Positions 40,326 to 50,285 are shown, numbered from the stretch's first letter. The stretch is DNA of 64,000 nucleotides from an uncultured Chloroflexia bacterium (GCA_963704325.1 OY969885.1:1383188-1447187); one strand, 5' to 3'. A program made the numbers and translations. Notes: generated from the sequence alone by a model not told the origin.

Positions 40326-42035
40326 ATGCGACGCTGGAGCGAGGTCGCCGCCCGCATCGCGGCCACATCGCGCACCACTGAGAAAGTGTCCGCCCTGGCC
40401 GAGTACCTGCGCTCGCTCAGCGCGGCGGAGCTTCCGCTTGCCGTGACGTACATGACCGGGCGCGCATTTCCCGAGCGTGACCCGCGCACCACCGGCATCG
40501 GCTGGGCGTCGATCGCCTCGATCGCCGAGGCCGTGGTGGGTGGCGCGCCTGGTGCGCTCGGCGCGGCGTACAACCAGTCGTCTGACCTTGGCCAGGCCGT
40601 CGGTGACCTGTTCGAGAGCCACGAACACGTGCCGAGCGGCGAGCCAGCGTCGCTGGTCGACGTAGATGCGGCGCTCTCGGCGGTCGCGACGGCGCGCGGC
40701 GCGGCCGCCAAGGCCGCACCGCTGCGCGAGCTGCTCGAACGGAGCGACCCGCTGACGGCACGATCCATCGTCAAGGTACTCAGTGGCGAGCTGCGCATCG
40801 GACTGCGCGAGGGCCACCTGGAAAACGCCATCGCCACGGCTTTTGGCCGCCAGCTTGCCGATGTGCAGTGGACGGGCATGCTCACCGGTGATCTGGGCCA
40901 CACGGCCGAGCTGGCGCGCGACGACCGCCTGGGCGAAGCGGAGCTGGCCCTCTTCCGGCCGCTCAAGTCGATGCTCGCGTCGCCCGTGGCGGACGAGGAC
41001 GAGGTGATCCGCCGGCTGGGCAGCCCGGTCTGGGTCGAGGACAAGTACGACGGCATTCGCGCCCAGCTCCACAAGCAGGGCAGCGAGGTGCGCCTCTACA
41101 GCCGCGACCTGCACGACGTGAGCGATTCGTACCCAGAGGTAGTCGCGGTGGCCGCGCAGCAGCCCTGGGACGGGATCCTCGACGGCGAGTTGCTCGCCTA
41201 CCGCGACGGCATGGCGCTGCCGTTCATACAGCTCCAGGCACGGCTGGGGCGCAAGAGCCCATCGGCCCAGGTGCAGGCCCAGGTGCCGGTGATCTACGTC
41301 GCATTCGACATCCTTGCGCTGGGCAGCGGGGCCGGCGCGAGCGTCGAGCCATTGCTGCGCATGGGCCTGCGCGAGCGACGTCAGCGGCTCGATTCACTGG
41401 GCCTGCCGCTCGTACCGGGCATGGCCACCGCGAACCTGCTCAACGCGGCCACGCCCCGGGAGCTGAGCGGCATCTTCGACGGTGCCCAGGAACGCGGCAA
41501 CGAGGGGCTGATGGTCAAGGATCCGGAATCGACCTACTCACCGGGCCGGCGCGGCCACGGCTGGCTGAAGCTGAAGCGGCCGCTGGCCACTCTCGATTGC
41601 GTGGTCGTAGGCGTGGAGGTGGGTCATGGCAAGCGCCACGGCGTGCTATCCGACTACACCTTCGCGGTGCGTGACGACCGACCCGGTGGCGCTGGCCGGC
41701 TGGTGACAATAGGCAAGGCGTACAGCGGCCTGACCGACGCCGAGATCGCGCAGATGACGGAATGGTTCGAAGCGCACACGATCCAACGCATGGGCCGCTT
41801 CCACGTGGTCGAGCCGACTGTCGTGGTCGAGATCGCGTTCGACGTCATCCATCGCTCCAATCGCCACGATTCGGGGTTTGCGCTGCGCTTTCCGCGAATC
41901 TTCCAGCTGCGACCTGACAAGGACGTGCGCGAGATCGACACGATCGCCAATGTCGAGACGCTCTACCAACGACTCCAATCCGGCCGGCGCTTCAGCGTCC
42001 AGACGGCGGCCGGCGCGGCGCCGCCGACGACTTAG
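40326..42035 (+). CDS. ATP-dependent DNA ligase (LigC-like)
   Basis: Adenylation motif I EDKYDGIRAQ (KxDG) and downstream ligase motifs. The ATG at 40326 is chosen because the longer ORF start would abut the divergent GNAT start. Confidence 0.85.
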   Translation: MRRWSEVAARIAATSRTTEKVSALAEYLRSLSAAELPLAVTYMTGRAFPERDPRTTGIGWASIASIAEAVVGGAPGALGAAYNQSSDLGQAVGDLFESHEHVPSGEPASLVDVDAALSAVATARGAAAKAAPLRELLERSDPLTARSIVKVLSGELRIGLREGHLENAIATAFGRQLADVQWTGMLTGDLGHTAELARDDRLGEAELALFRPLKSMLASPVADEDEVIRRLGSPVWVEDKYDGIRAQLHKQGSEVRLYSRDLHDVSDSYPEVVAVAAQQPWDGILDGELLAYRDGMALPFIQLQARLGRKSPSAQVQAQVPVIYVAFDILALGSGAGASVEPLLRMGLRERRQRLDSLGLPLVPGMATANLLNAATPRELSGIFDGAQERGNEGLMVKDPESTYSPGRRGHGWLKLKRPLATLDCVVVGVEVGHGKRHGVLSDYTFAVRDDRPGGAGRLVTIGKAYSGLTDAEIAQMTEWFEAHTIQRMGRFHVVEPTVVVEIAFDVIHRSNRHDSGFALRFPRIFQLRPDKDVREIDTIANVETLYQRLQSGRRFSVQTAAGAAPPTT

Positions 42036-42995
42036 ATGACTGAGCCTGGCACGGATGAGAAGCTCACGTCACTGCGCGACCTGCTGCCCGCCACTGGCGC
42101 AGGGATTTACCTCGCGACGGCAGAGCGTGGCCCGCTGCCGGCCGAGACGGCGGCCGCGATGCGTGACGCGGACGACTGGGAGCTGCGCGTCGGGCGAGCC
42201 ACGGAGGGTCGCTCCGAGGACCTCGAGCAGCGCGTGGAAGAGGCGCGCGCAGTGCTCGCGGCGCTCCTCGTGGCAGATCCCTCGGACGTGGTCCTGACGT
42301 CAGGCGTCAACCATGCGCGGCGCCTGGCCGGGGATATCGCTGGCTCGAGCGGCCTGGCCACCGTCGACCACGTCGACCCGAACACAGGCAAGCTGGCCCC
42401 GCCGGCGACCTCGGAAGGGCCGTTCGTCGCTCTCGATGCGTCCCTGTCGGCAGGCGCCGTGCCGATTGACGCTCCGGGGCTGGGGGTGGACTTCGTCGTG
42501 CTCCCCGGGGACAAGTGGTTGCTCGGGCCGGAAGAGACGGCGGCGCTCTGGATCGGCCCGCGGGCGAGGAACCGCGGCCTCGTTCCCGCATCGGAGGGGA
42601 TCGGGCGAACGCACGTCCTCGGGCTGGCGCGCAGCGTGGGCTGGCTGGAGATGTACGTGGGCCTGCCATGGGCCTTCGATCGGACGGCCACGCTTGCCGC
42701 TCGACTGGCTGGCGGGCTGACCCAGCCCGGCGTCGAGCTGCTCACGACCAACGACTCCCTGGCGGCGATCGTCTGCTTCCGGCTGCCGGCGTGGCCGACC
42801 AATGAGCTGCTCGATGAGCTACGCCGGCGTGTTTTCGCTGTCGTCGAGCCGACGCCCGATCTGACCGCCGTAAGGGCATCCGTGGCGTGGTTCAACACCG
42901 AGGATGAAATCGACCGCTTCGCGTTGGCAGTGAGCGAGATCGCGCGCCACACGCCCGCGACCCTGCCGCGCCGCCCGCCGCTGATCGTCCGATGA
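42036..42995 (+). CDS. aminotransferase class V-fold PLP-dependent protein (short or degenerate)
   Basis: VDFVVLPGDKWLLGPEETAALW resembles the SufS/NifS region around the PLP-lysine (SGHK replaced by PGDK). Only 319 aa. Confidence 0.6.
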   Translation: MTEPGTDEKLTSLRDLLPATGAGIYLATAERGPLPAETAAAMRDADDWELRVGRATEGRSEDLEQRVEEARAVLAALLVADPSDVVLTSGVNHARRLAGDIAGSSGLATVDHVDPNTGKLAPPATSEGPFVALDASLSAGAVPIDAPGLGVDFVVLPGDKWLLGPEETAALWIGPRARNRGLVPASEGIGRTHVLGLARSVGWLEMYVGLPWAFDRTATLAARLAGGLTQPGVELLTTNDSLAAIVCFRLPAWPTNELLDELRRRVFAVVEPTPDLTAVRASVAWFNTEDEIDRFALAVSEIARHTPATLPRRPPLIVR

Positions 42996-43342
42996 CCCAG
43001 CGATCGTGGCTCGAGGTGCGCTGGCGACAGCTGCGCAACCCGCCGCCGCCAGTGCTACGGGCGGTGCTCGCAAACCTGGCCGTTGCGATCATCGGCGGCC
43101 TGTTGTTGCTCGCCTACGACGGTGCCACCGACGGCGCCGGGACCGCGCTGGCGACAGTGCTGTACGTGGGCGTGGTGATAATTGCGGGCAGCCTGTTGAC
43201 GTACCTGTGGGTCGAGCTGCCGACCGGCGCGGCGGGCGTCAGACGCAGGTCTGCGTGGGCGGGAATACTTGGCTTCTTCGCCTCGATACCCATCGCCTAC
43301 CTCGTCCTGGTCGTCCTCTTCCAGGTTCTCCCCGGGCGTTGA
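42992..43342 (+). CDS. small membrane protein, hypothetical
   Basis: 116 aa, 3 TM helices. The start overlaps the previous stop (ATGA). Confidence 0.5.
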   Translation: MTQRSWLEVRWRQLRNPPPPVLRAVLANLAVAIIGGLLLLAYDGATDGAGTALATVLYVGVVIIAGSLLTYLWVELPTGAAGVRRRSAWAGILGFFASIPIAYLVLVVLFQVLPGR

Positions 43343-43391
43343 ACGGCCCTGAGCGGTTCAATGCTGCTGTGCGGCACAAAGGGATTTCGCG

Positions 43392-44231
43392 ATGAAGTTC
43401 GGAGTAATCACATCCTTCGGGTCGGTTGGTGACTACGTCACGATGGCCAGGGAGGCGGAAGCCACCGGCTGGGACGGCGTATTTGCCTGGGATGACATCT
43501 CGGTTGACCGGGGTGACGTGTTCGATCCGTGGGTGGTCCTTGGCGGCATCGCGGCGGTCACGGAGCGGATCACCCTTGGCGCGATGGTCTTCTCGCTGGC
43601 GCGTCGCCGTCCATGGAAGGTCGCGCGCGAAACGATCACGCTCGACAATCTCTCAAACGGTCGGCTCGTGGTGCCGGTCGGACTGGGTGGGACGTGGGAT
43701 GGCGGCTATTCGCGTGTCAGCACCGACGATCCCTCCAGGAAGGCTCGCGCGGCCAAGCTCGACGAGTGCCTGGAGATCCTTGACCTTGCGTGGTCAGGCG
43801 CGTCAGTCAGCTACGAGGGCGAGCACTACTCGATGCGTGACCTCCGCTTTGACCCGCGACCGGTGCAACGTCCCCGGATTCCCGTGTGGCCCGTTGGGGC
43901 GTGGCCACATCCGCGATCCCTTGCTCGAGCCGCAAAGTGGGACGGCATTGTCGTGTCCGACTTTTCCGGCACGAGCACAGCGGAATCCGTCGCACCCGCC
44001 GTCGTCGCCGATGTGGCTGCCTGGATGGCCCAGCATCGAACGTTGTCAAGTCCCTTCGACATCATCGTCGAGGGCATCTCGTCCGGTTTCGACCACGCCG
44101 CGGATCGGCAGATCCTGGTGCCACTTGCCGACGCCGGCGCGACATGGTTCATCGAGAGCCGATGGGGGCCAGACCAGTCCGCAGAGACCGTTCTGGAGCG
44201 AATCCGGCGCGGGCCGCCGCAGCTTCAGTAG
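43392..44231 (+). CDS. LLM-class F420-dependent oxidoreductase
   Basis: Luciferase-like monooxygenase fold motifs (MKFGVI..., GRLVVPVGLGG). Confidence 0.8.
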   Translation: MKFGVITSFGSVGDYVTMAREAEATGWDGVFAWDDISVDRGDVFDPWVVLGGIAAVTERITLGAMVFSLARRRPWKVARETITLDNLSNGRLVVPVGLGGTWDGGYSRVSTDDPSRKARAAKLDECLEILDLAWSGASVSYEGEHYSMRDLRFDPRPVQRPRIPVWPVGAWPHPRSLARAAKWDGIVVSDFSGTSTAESVAPAVVADVAAWMAQHRTLSSPFDIIVEGISSGFDHAADRQILVPLADAGATWFIESRWGPDQSAETVLERIRRGPPQLQ

Positions 44232-44303
44232 AGCGCGGCATCACCACAAAATCAGGGCACCCGGGGTGGGCCGCTGAGCACGGTCGGTGTACGATCGAGG
44301 GGC

Positions 44304-44379
44304 GGGGGAGTAGCTCAGTGGTTAGAGCAGACGGCTTATATCCGTCCGGTCCCTGGTTCGAATCCAGGCTCCCCTACCA
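44304..44379 (+). tRNA. tRNA-Ile, anticodon UAU (reads AUA)
   Basis: Manual fold:
- acceptor GGGGGAG/CTCCCCT (one G-U pair)
- D-arm GCTC-AGTGGTTA-GAGC
- anticodon stem GACGG/CCGTC with loop cTTATAt
- variable loop CGGTC
- T-arm CCTGG-TTCGAAT-CCAGG
- discriminator A, then encoded CCA. Confidence 0.75.
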
Positions 44380-44388
44380 TTCGGCCCC

Positions 44389-45549
44389 ATGGATGCCACC
44401 CGCGCCGAGAGCGCCAAACAAGTTGCGCATGATGGCGTCGAGAGTGCACGCTCGGCGCTGATCGATCTTTCGCACCGTATCCACGCCAATCCAGAGCTGG
44501 CCTACAAGGAGCACCTCTCGTCGGGCTGGGTGGCGGAGATGCTCGAGCAGGGTGGTTTCGCGGTATCGCGCGGCGCCGGCGGAATGGCGACGGCCCTGGT
44601 CGGCACGTACGGCAGCGGCCCGTTGAACGTGGCCCTCGTGATCGAGTACGACGCTCTGCCCGAGGTGGGTCACGCCTGCGGCCACAACATCATTGCCGCC
44701 TCATCCGTTGGCGCGGCGCTGGCCCTGGTGCCACTCGCCGACAAGCTTGGCCTGCGCATCTCGGCCATCGGGACGCCGGCAGAGGAGGGCGGCAACGGCA
44801 AGGGCGCCCTGATCGACGCCGGCGTCTTCGCGGACGTGCACGCCGCCCTGATGGTCCATCCCGGGCCGACTGACGTGGCCATGCCCGAAGTGCTCGCTGC
44901 GCAGACGATCGAGGTGACCTACACCGGCCGCAGCGCGCACGCCGGCGCGTTCCCCGAGCGCGGCATCAACGCCAGCGACGCGCTGGTCATCGCCCAGGTG
45001 GCGATCGGACAGCTGCGTCAGGCGCTGATCGCCAGCGATCGCGTGCACGGCATCGTCACGCTCGGTGGCGAGGCGTCGAACATCATCCCGTCGCTGACCA
45101 AGGCTGACTACATGGTCCGCGCCGGGTCCGCGGCGCGCCTGGAGGAGGTTCGCGAACGTGTCGAGCGCTGCTTCCAGGCCGGCGCCCTGGCATCGGGAGC
45201 GCAACTGGATGTCACGCTCCGGCCCATGTACGCGGACATGATCCACGACGCCGACCTGGTCCGGCTCTATGTCGCCAACGCCGAAGCCCTGGGACGCTCG
45301 TTCGGGGGCCAGAGCGACTTCAATCGCTTCTCGACGGACATGGGCAACGTTTCCTACGTCACTCCGTCGATCCATCCCGTGCTGGGGGTCGACGCCGGTG
45401 GCGCCTCCAACCACCAGCCGGCCTTCGCTGCCGCGACCGTCACGCCGTCGGGCGACCAGGCTGTCTTTGATGGCGCGGTCGCTCTGGCCTGGACAGCGAT
45501 TGACGCGGCGCTGCACGAGCAGGTACGCGGCCGGCTTCTGGCCCGCTAG
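44389..45549 (+). CDS. M20-family amidohydrolase/peptidase (M20D, hippurate hydrolase/AbgA-like)
   Basis: HACGHN metal-binding motif plus the M20 dimerisation-domain pattern. Confidence 0.85.
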   Translation: MDATRAESAKQVAHDGVESARSALIDLSHRIHANPELAYKEHLSSGWVAEMLEQGGFAVSRGAGGMATALVGTYGSGPLNVALVIEYDALPEVGHACGHNIIAASSVGAALALVPLADKLGLRISAIGTPAEEGGNGKGALIDAGVFADVHAALMVHPGPTDVAMPEVLAAQTIEVTYTGRSAHAGAFPERGINASDALVIAQVAIGQLRQALIASDRVHGIVTLGGEASNIIPSLTKADYMVRAGSAARLEEVRERVERCFQAGALASGAQLDVTLRPMYADMIHDADLVRLYVANAEALGRSFGGQSDFNRFSTDMGNVSYVTPSIHPVLGVDAGGASNHQPAFAAATVTPSGDQAVFDGAVALAWTAIDAALHEQVRGRLLAR

Positions 45550-45570
45550 CCGGAACCGACGAACGGGCCG

Positions 45571-46497
45571 TCAGCCCGCGCGCAGGACCAGGATGTGCTG
45601 GTGGACGATGTTCGGAACGAAGCCGCGCGGGTAGCCGTAGGGCCGCAGGCGCGTTCCCGCCTGGTACCAGATGAGATCGCCCTTGGTCACGAAGCCCACT
45701 CGCTCCGCGCGTGCGCACAAGTCAGCGCCGGTGAAGCGGTAGCGGCCGTCCTGGTACGCGTCGCGCACGATGATCGTTGCGTAGCGACCCTCGCGCAGCA
45801 CTCGCCGCAGCTCGGCCAGAACCGCCTCCATGCGCGTCAGGTACTCCTCGTAACTGGCGCTATTGGCGAGATCGGCGGGATCGTCGGACACCATCGCGTA
45901 GTCCGTCCGGCGGTTGGCGAAGCGAGTGGCCAGGGGTCCACCGGACATCGTGATGCGCAACTGCGGGTTGTAGGGCGGATCTGTCGCCACGAAGTCGATC
46001 GACCCCGACTCAAGCCCGGCCAGCAGGCCAACCGCGTCGCCCACGACCATCCGGCTGCCTGACGGATCGAAATGCCGTGCGCCGCCCGGATCGGCCGAGC
46101 CCAGATCGGCCAGGGTGTGCGCTGGCCCATCGCCCTCCACGGACTCTGCCTGGGCTACCGCGCTGTAGACGTCCGCCCAGCGCTGCTCCAGCTCGAAGCC
46201 GAGCGCGCGCCGTGGCGAGCGGCAGATTGCAGCGCCGAGCAGAGTGCCACCCACTCCTGCGAACGGATCGAGCACCAGCTCACCGGAGCGGGTGAAGAAT
46301 TCGATCAGGCGGGCCATGAGGCGAGGCGGCTTATTGGCGCCGTGGACCTTGCGTGTCGCGTGGCCTAGCTCGGATGGATACGCCGTCGTCCAGAGCGACT
46401 TGGTGAAGTAGAGCCACTCGTCGCCGGGCAGCTCGTTCAGGACGTTGCCCGGATGCACCGCTCGCTTTGCGGATGACCCATCCGAACCGTCCTTCAC
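45571..46497 (-). CDS. DNA methyltransferase (N6-adenine or N4-cytosine class), no cognate nuclease visible
   Basis: AdoMet motif KPPRLMARLIEFFTRSGELVLDPFAGVGGTL and catalytic VATDPPYN. Neighbours are a peptidase and a LuxR regulator. Confidence 0.8.
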   Translation of the reverse strand: MKDGSDGSSAKRAVHPGNVLNELPGDEWLYFTKSLWTTAYPSELGHATRKVHGANKPPRLMARLIEFFTRSGELVLDPFAGVGGTLLGAAICRSPRRALGFELEQRWADVYSAVAQAESVEGDGPAHTLADLGSADPGGARHFDPSGSRMVVGDAVGLLAGLESGSIDFVATDPPYNPQLRITMSGGPLATRFANRRTDYAMVSDDPADLANSASYEEYLTRMEAVLAELRRVLREGRYATIIVRDAYQDGRYRFTGADLCARAERVGFVTKGDLIWYQAGTRLRPYGYPRGFVPNIVHQHILVLRAG

Positions 46498-46535
46498 CCC
46501 TCAAGTATCAACCAGACCACCGCTATCCTTCGCCG

Positions 46536-49500
46536 ATGGCGTTCATCGGTCGTGAACGCGAATTGGCTGTCCTTGGGTCGGCTTTTCAGCGTGCCCTCGA
46601 CAACGGTCCCACGCGGGTGGCAATCCACGGGCCACTGGGCATCGGGATCACCAGCCTTCTCGACGAGCTCGAGAGCAGGCTCGAGGGCGCGCCGGGTGTC
46701 GCCGTTTGTCGCGTGCGCTGCTATGCGTCGCTGAGCGCGGCGCCGTATGGCGCACTTGCCACCGCTCTCGGCGCGGCCCTGGCGGCGGCGCCCGACGATC
46801 GGCTCGCGGCGGTGGTGCACGGAGCTGGTCACGACACGCTCGCCCTGGTGCCTGCCATGGGGGAGCGAATGGCGCGCCTGGGCATCAGCGCCGATCCGCC
46901 CGCCCTTCAGGCACCCGACCAGCTTGGTGCTCGTGTGCGAGAGGCGCTGTTGGGCGTCATGGAGAGACTGGCCGCCGGACGCCAGCTGTGCCTGATCGTC
47001 GAGGACCTGGAGCACAGCGACCCGGCCACGCGCGGGCTGATCCAGGCCCTGCTGCGCACCAGCCGCCGCCTGTCGCTGACTCTGATCGTGGCCTACCACG
47101 CAGACGAGATGGCGCGCGATCATCCGGCGCGCGCTCTGTTGCGCGAAATGACAGAGAACGCCGAGGTGCAACAGGTCGCCCTGCCGCCACTGACGCGCGA
47201 CGAGCTGCTCGAGCTCGTTGAGCGACTCCACGGCGAGCGTCCCACGCTCGGCTTCATGGCCGCCGTGCTGGAGGGATCGCGCGGCAATCCCCTGCTGGCG
47301 ACTCAGCTGGTAGAGGCGGCACGGCGCCTGGACGGCCTTCGCCTTTCCGATCCACTGGAGGAGATCGTCCAGGCGCGCGTGCAGCAGCTAGACCGCGGCA
47401 CTGCCCTGGCGCTGCGCCTGCTCTCAGTGGCCAGGCGGCCGATCGAGGGCGAGGCGCTCGAGGGCCTGCGCCTGGAGCGCGGTCACCTGCCGCGCGCGGT
47501 GAAGGCGCAGCTGATCGAAAGCGGCCTGGTCGTTGAACGAGGCGGCTCGCTGAGCGTCGTCCACACGCTGTGCGCCGAGGCGATCGAGGCGTCGACCCTG
47601 CCCGGGCAGCGCCGGGCGCTCCACGCCACGCTGGCCGAGCGCCAGTCGGGAGACAGCGCCGAGCCAGCCGAGGCGGCTTGGCACTGGGCGCGCTCGGGCC
47701 GGCCGGCTGAAGCACGCGCCGCGCACCGCGCCGCCGCGCAGCGGGCCGATCGGCTCGACCCGGGCGCCAGCGCCCTGATCCACTACAGCGCTCTGCTCGA
47801 GCTGGGCGACGCGCCCGGCGCGGCGGCCGCGGATAAGGATCCTTCGGCAGATGTGGCTCTCCTCGCCGCGGCGGCGTGCGCAGCCGACGCCAGTGGCGCC
47901 TTCAGGCGCGCCGCGTCGCTCGTCGAGCAGGCCGTCGAGCGGCTCGCAGCGGGTCGCGTGGAGAAGCTGCTCGGCTCGGCCGGCGCCAGGAGCAGCGAGC
48001 CGGTTCGCGAACACGCTTCCCGGCTGCTCGAGCAGCTTGGCCGGCACCGGCGTTCGAGCGGCGACCTGGACGGGGCGCGCGCGGCCTTCGAACAGGCGCT
48101 GGAAGTCGCGCCGGCGAATATGCCCGTTGCACGCGCTCGGGCGCTGGCCGCGCTGGCCCAGGACCTGATGCTCGAGGGCCGCTTCGAGGAGAGTGCCGCG
48201 ACCGCAGAAGCGGCGCGTGCGGCCGCGGCCGAGTCCGGCGACGAGGGCCTGGCAGAGCTGGTTCATGCCACGGACACGCTCGCCGTAGACCTGGGCTTCA
48301 TGGGCCACATCGACCGCGCATTGGGCCTGCTCGACGAGGCCACGGCCGCTGCGCGACGGCTGGGCCGACTGGACGAGCTGATGCGCTGCTACGCCAATCG
48401 GACGACTCTGCTCGACCTCGACCTGCGCCGCGAGGAGGCACTCGCCGTGGTCAAGGACGGCATGGCCGAAGCGAGCCGTAACGGCCTGGGCATGACCTAT
48501 GGCGCGTTCCTGCGTGGCAATGCGGCCGACATCCTCTTCCAGCTCGGTCGCTGGGAGGAAGCCGAGGCAGAGTGCCGTGCCGCGCTCGAGTTTCCGCCGT
48601 CGGGCGTGGCCTGGTTCAGCCCGATCCTCTACCTCGGCATCGTCCTGGTTGAGTCGCGCGGCGATGACGACGCATCGCGCCTGGTCGGGCGGACGCTGCT
48701 TCAGCTCGAGAGCGTGCCCGCCGGGCAGTGGTCGGCGCTCGTCCTGCGCACGGCGGTCAGCCTGGCCCTGTGGCGCGGCGACCTGGGTGACGCGCTGAGC
48801 GCGGCGCAGCAGGGCTGGCCTCGCGTCCGGGAGACGGAGGATCCGTCACAGATCATCATGGCCGCCGCGACAGTGCTCGAGGCGTGCGCCGCCGTTGCCG
48901 AGCAGGGCCGCCAGCGGCGCGACTTCTCGTCTGTCGCGGAGGCCGGCGCGCTGGCCGCCGAAGTCCTCGCCCACGCCACCGAACAGGCTCAGCACCACAA
49001 GCTGCCCGCGTCGCTCGGTGCGCGGCGCGAGTCGGATCTGTACCTGGCCACCGCCCGAGCCCATGCGGAGCGCGTACGCGGCCGGGCCAACCCGCAGGTC
49101 TGGTCACGTTTGGCAGAGGCGTGGGCTCAGCTGCCCGTGCCGTACCAGGCCGCCAAGGCGTACTGGGCCGCCGCGCGCGCCGCGCTGCCCACCAGGGCGC
49201 GCCGCGGTGAGGCTCGACGGGCGCTGCTGGCCGCTTGGAAGATCAGTGGCGCGCTGCCTGCCGATCCGCTGCGCCGCGCGCTGCGCGAGCTCGCCGACCG
49301 TGGCCGCATAACGCTGCCCGAGGACAGGTTCGTGGTGATCCCGATCGAGCGCGAGCGTGAGCTCGTGGCCGTTGGCCCTGGACCGGCGTCCACCGTGCGC
49401 AATGGCGACCAGGACCTGGCCAGCCTCGTTGCCGGCCCGGGCACCCCGCCCGCAGTCGGTCGTTTCGGGCTCAGCCCGCGCGAGAACTCGGTCCTGCTAG

Positions 49501-49712
49501 TGCTCGCCCAGGGGCGCACCAACCGTGAGATTGCCGAGCGCCTGTTCATCAGCGAGAGGACGGTCGCGGTTCACGTGCGGCGCATCCTGGCCAAGCTGGG
49601 CGTCAGCGGCAGGGTTGAGGCGGCGGGCATGGCAATTCGGCTCGGGCTGGTGCCTGACGACCCGCGCGTAGTCGGCTCCCGCCAGCGGTCCGGGAGCGCT
49701 CAGCTGCACTGA
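46536..49712 (+). CDS. LuxR-family (LAL/MalT-like) large transcriptional regulator with degenerate P-loop
   Basis: N-terminal NTPase-like region (GPLGIGITSLL, no Walker lysine), long helical-repeat middle, C-terminal LuxR HTH (LSPRENSVLLVLAQGRTNREIAERLFISERTVAVHVRRILAKLGV). Confidence 0.8.
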   Translation: MAFIGRERELAVLGSAFQRALDNGPTRVAIHGPLGIGITSLLDELESRLEGAPGVAVCRVRCYASLSAAPYGALATALGAALAAAPDDRLAAVVHGAGHDTLALVPAMGERMARLGISADPPALQAPDQLGARVREALLGVMERLAAGRQLCLIVEDLEHSDPATRGLIQALLRTSRRLSLTLIVAYHADEMARDHPARALLREMTENAEVQQVALPPLTRDELLELVERLHGERPTLGFMAAVLEGSRGNPLLATQLVEAARRLDGLRLSDPLEEIVQARVQQLDRGTALALRLLSVARRPIEGEALEGLRLERGHLPRAVKAQLIESGLVVERGGSLSVVHTLCAEAIEASTLPGQRRALHATLAERQSGDSAEPAEAAWHWARSGRPAEARAAHRAAAQRADRLDPGASALIHYSALLELGDAPGAAAADKDPSADVALLAAAACAADASGAFRRAASLVEQAVERLAAGRVEKLLGSAGARSSEPVREHASRLLEQLGRHRRSSGDLDGARAAFEQALEVAPANMPVARARALAALAQDLMLEGRFEESAATAEAARAAAAESGDEGLAELVHATDTLAVDLGFMGHIDRALGLLDEATAAARRLGRLDELMRCYANRTTLLDLDLRREEALAVVKDGMAEASRNGLGMTYGAFLRGNAADILFQLGRWEEAEAECRAALEFPPSGVAWFSPILYLGIVLVESRGDDDASRLVGRTLLQLESVPAGQWSALVLRTAVSLALWRGDLGDALSAAQQGWPRVRETEDPSQIIMAAATVLEACAAVAEQGRQRRDFSSVAEAGALAAEVLAHATEQAQHHKLPASLGARRESDLYLATARAHAERVRGRANPQVWSRLAEAWAQLPVPYQAAKAYWAAARAALPTRARRGEARRALLAAWKISGALPADPLRRALRELADRGRITLPEDRFVVIPIERERELVAVGPGPASTVRNGDQDLASLVAGPGTPPAVGRFGLSPRENSVLLVLAQGRTNREIAERLFISERTVAVHVRRILAKLGVSGRVEAAGMAIRLGLVPDDPRVVGSRQRSGSAQLH

Positions 49713-49759
49713 CGCGCCGGCCGGCGCGACACTCTTTCGCACTTTCGGCCAGAATTGGG

Positions 49760-50248
49760 TTGATGCGTCTCATCCCCGCTCCCCAACGGCGGCTTGTGCT
49801 GCCCGCCGCCCTGTTGACGTGCGTCCTGGTGGTTGCCGCCTGCGGATCCGCCGGTGGCGCCGGGTGGAGCTACGCCCCACTCGGCCCGACTGCGCCGCCC
49901 AGCCCGTCAGGCGAGCCGAGCACAGGGCCCAGCTCTTCGCCAGGCCTGGTGCTGGAGATAGCCACCAACCAGGACCAGCCGCTCACCTTCGTGCCCGCCG
50001 AGCTGGAGGCGCCGCCGGCGACCGTGGTCCAGGTCACCTACAACAACAACAGCAACCTTCCGCACAACATCAACTTCTTCGCCGGGCCTGATGCGACCGC
50101 TGAGTCGCTCGGCGCGACAGAGGTGGTGACAGGGCCCAATGCGCCCGAATCGGTCACCTTCACCACGCCTGACGAGCCCGGCGCGTACTACTTCTGGTGC
50201 GACGTCCATGTCGACACCATGGCCGGCATCCTGAATGTCGGCCCGTAG
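49760..50248 (+). CDS. cupredoxin (blue copper) lipoprotein
   Basis: Lipobox VVAAC|G. Type-1 Cu ligands H (LPHNI), C (FWCD), H (DVH), M (DTM). Confidence 0.7.
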   Translation: MMRLIPAPQRRLVLPAALLTCVLVVAACGSAGGAGWSYAPLGPTAPPSPSGEPSTGPSSSPGLVLEIATNQDQPLTFVPAELEAPPATVVQVTYNNNSNLPHNINFFAGPDATAESLGATEVVTGPNAPESVTFTTPDEPGAYYFWCDVHVDTMAGILNVGP

Positions 50249-50285
50249 CAAGACCAGCCGGCCGATCGTCTGAGCAGTCCTGACC

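Noticed and set aside
46467-46535. Upstream extension (MRMTHPNRP...) of the LAL regulator ORF
   Set aside because: It would overlap the divergent methyltransferase start. The ATG at 46536 immediately precedes the conserved N-terminus.
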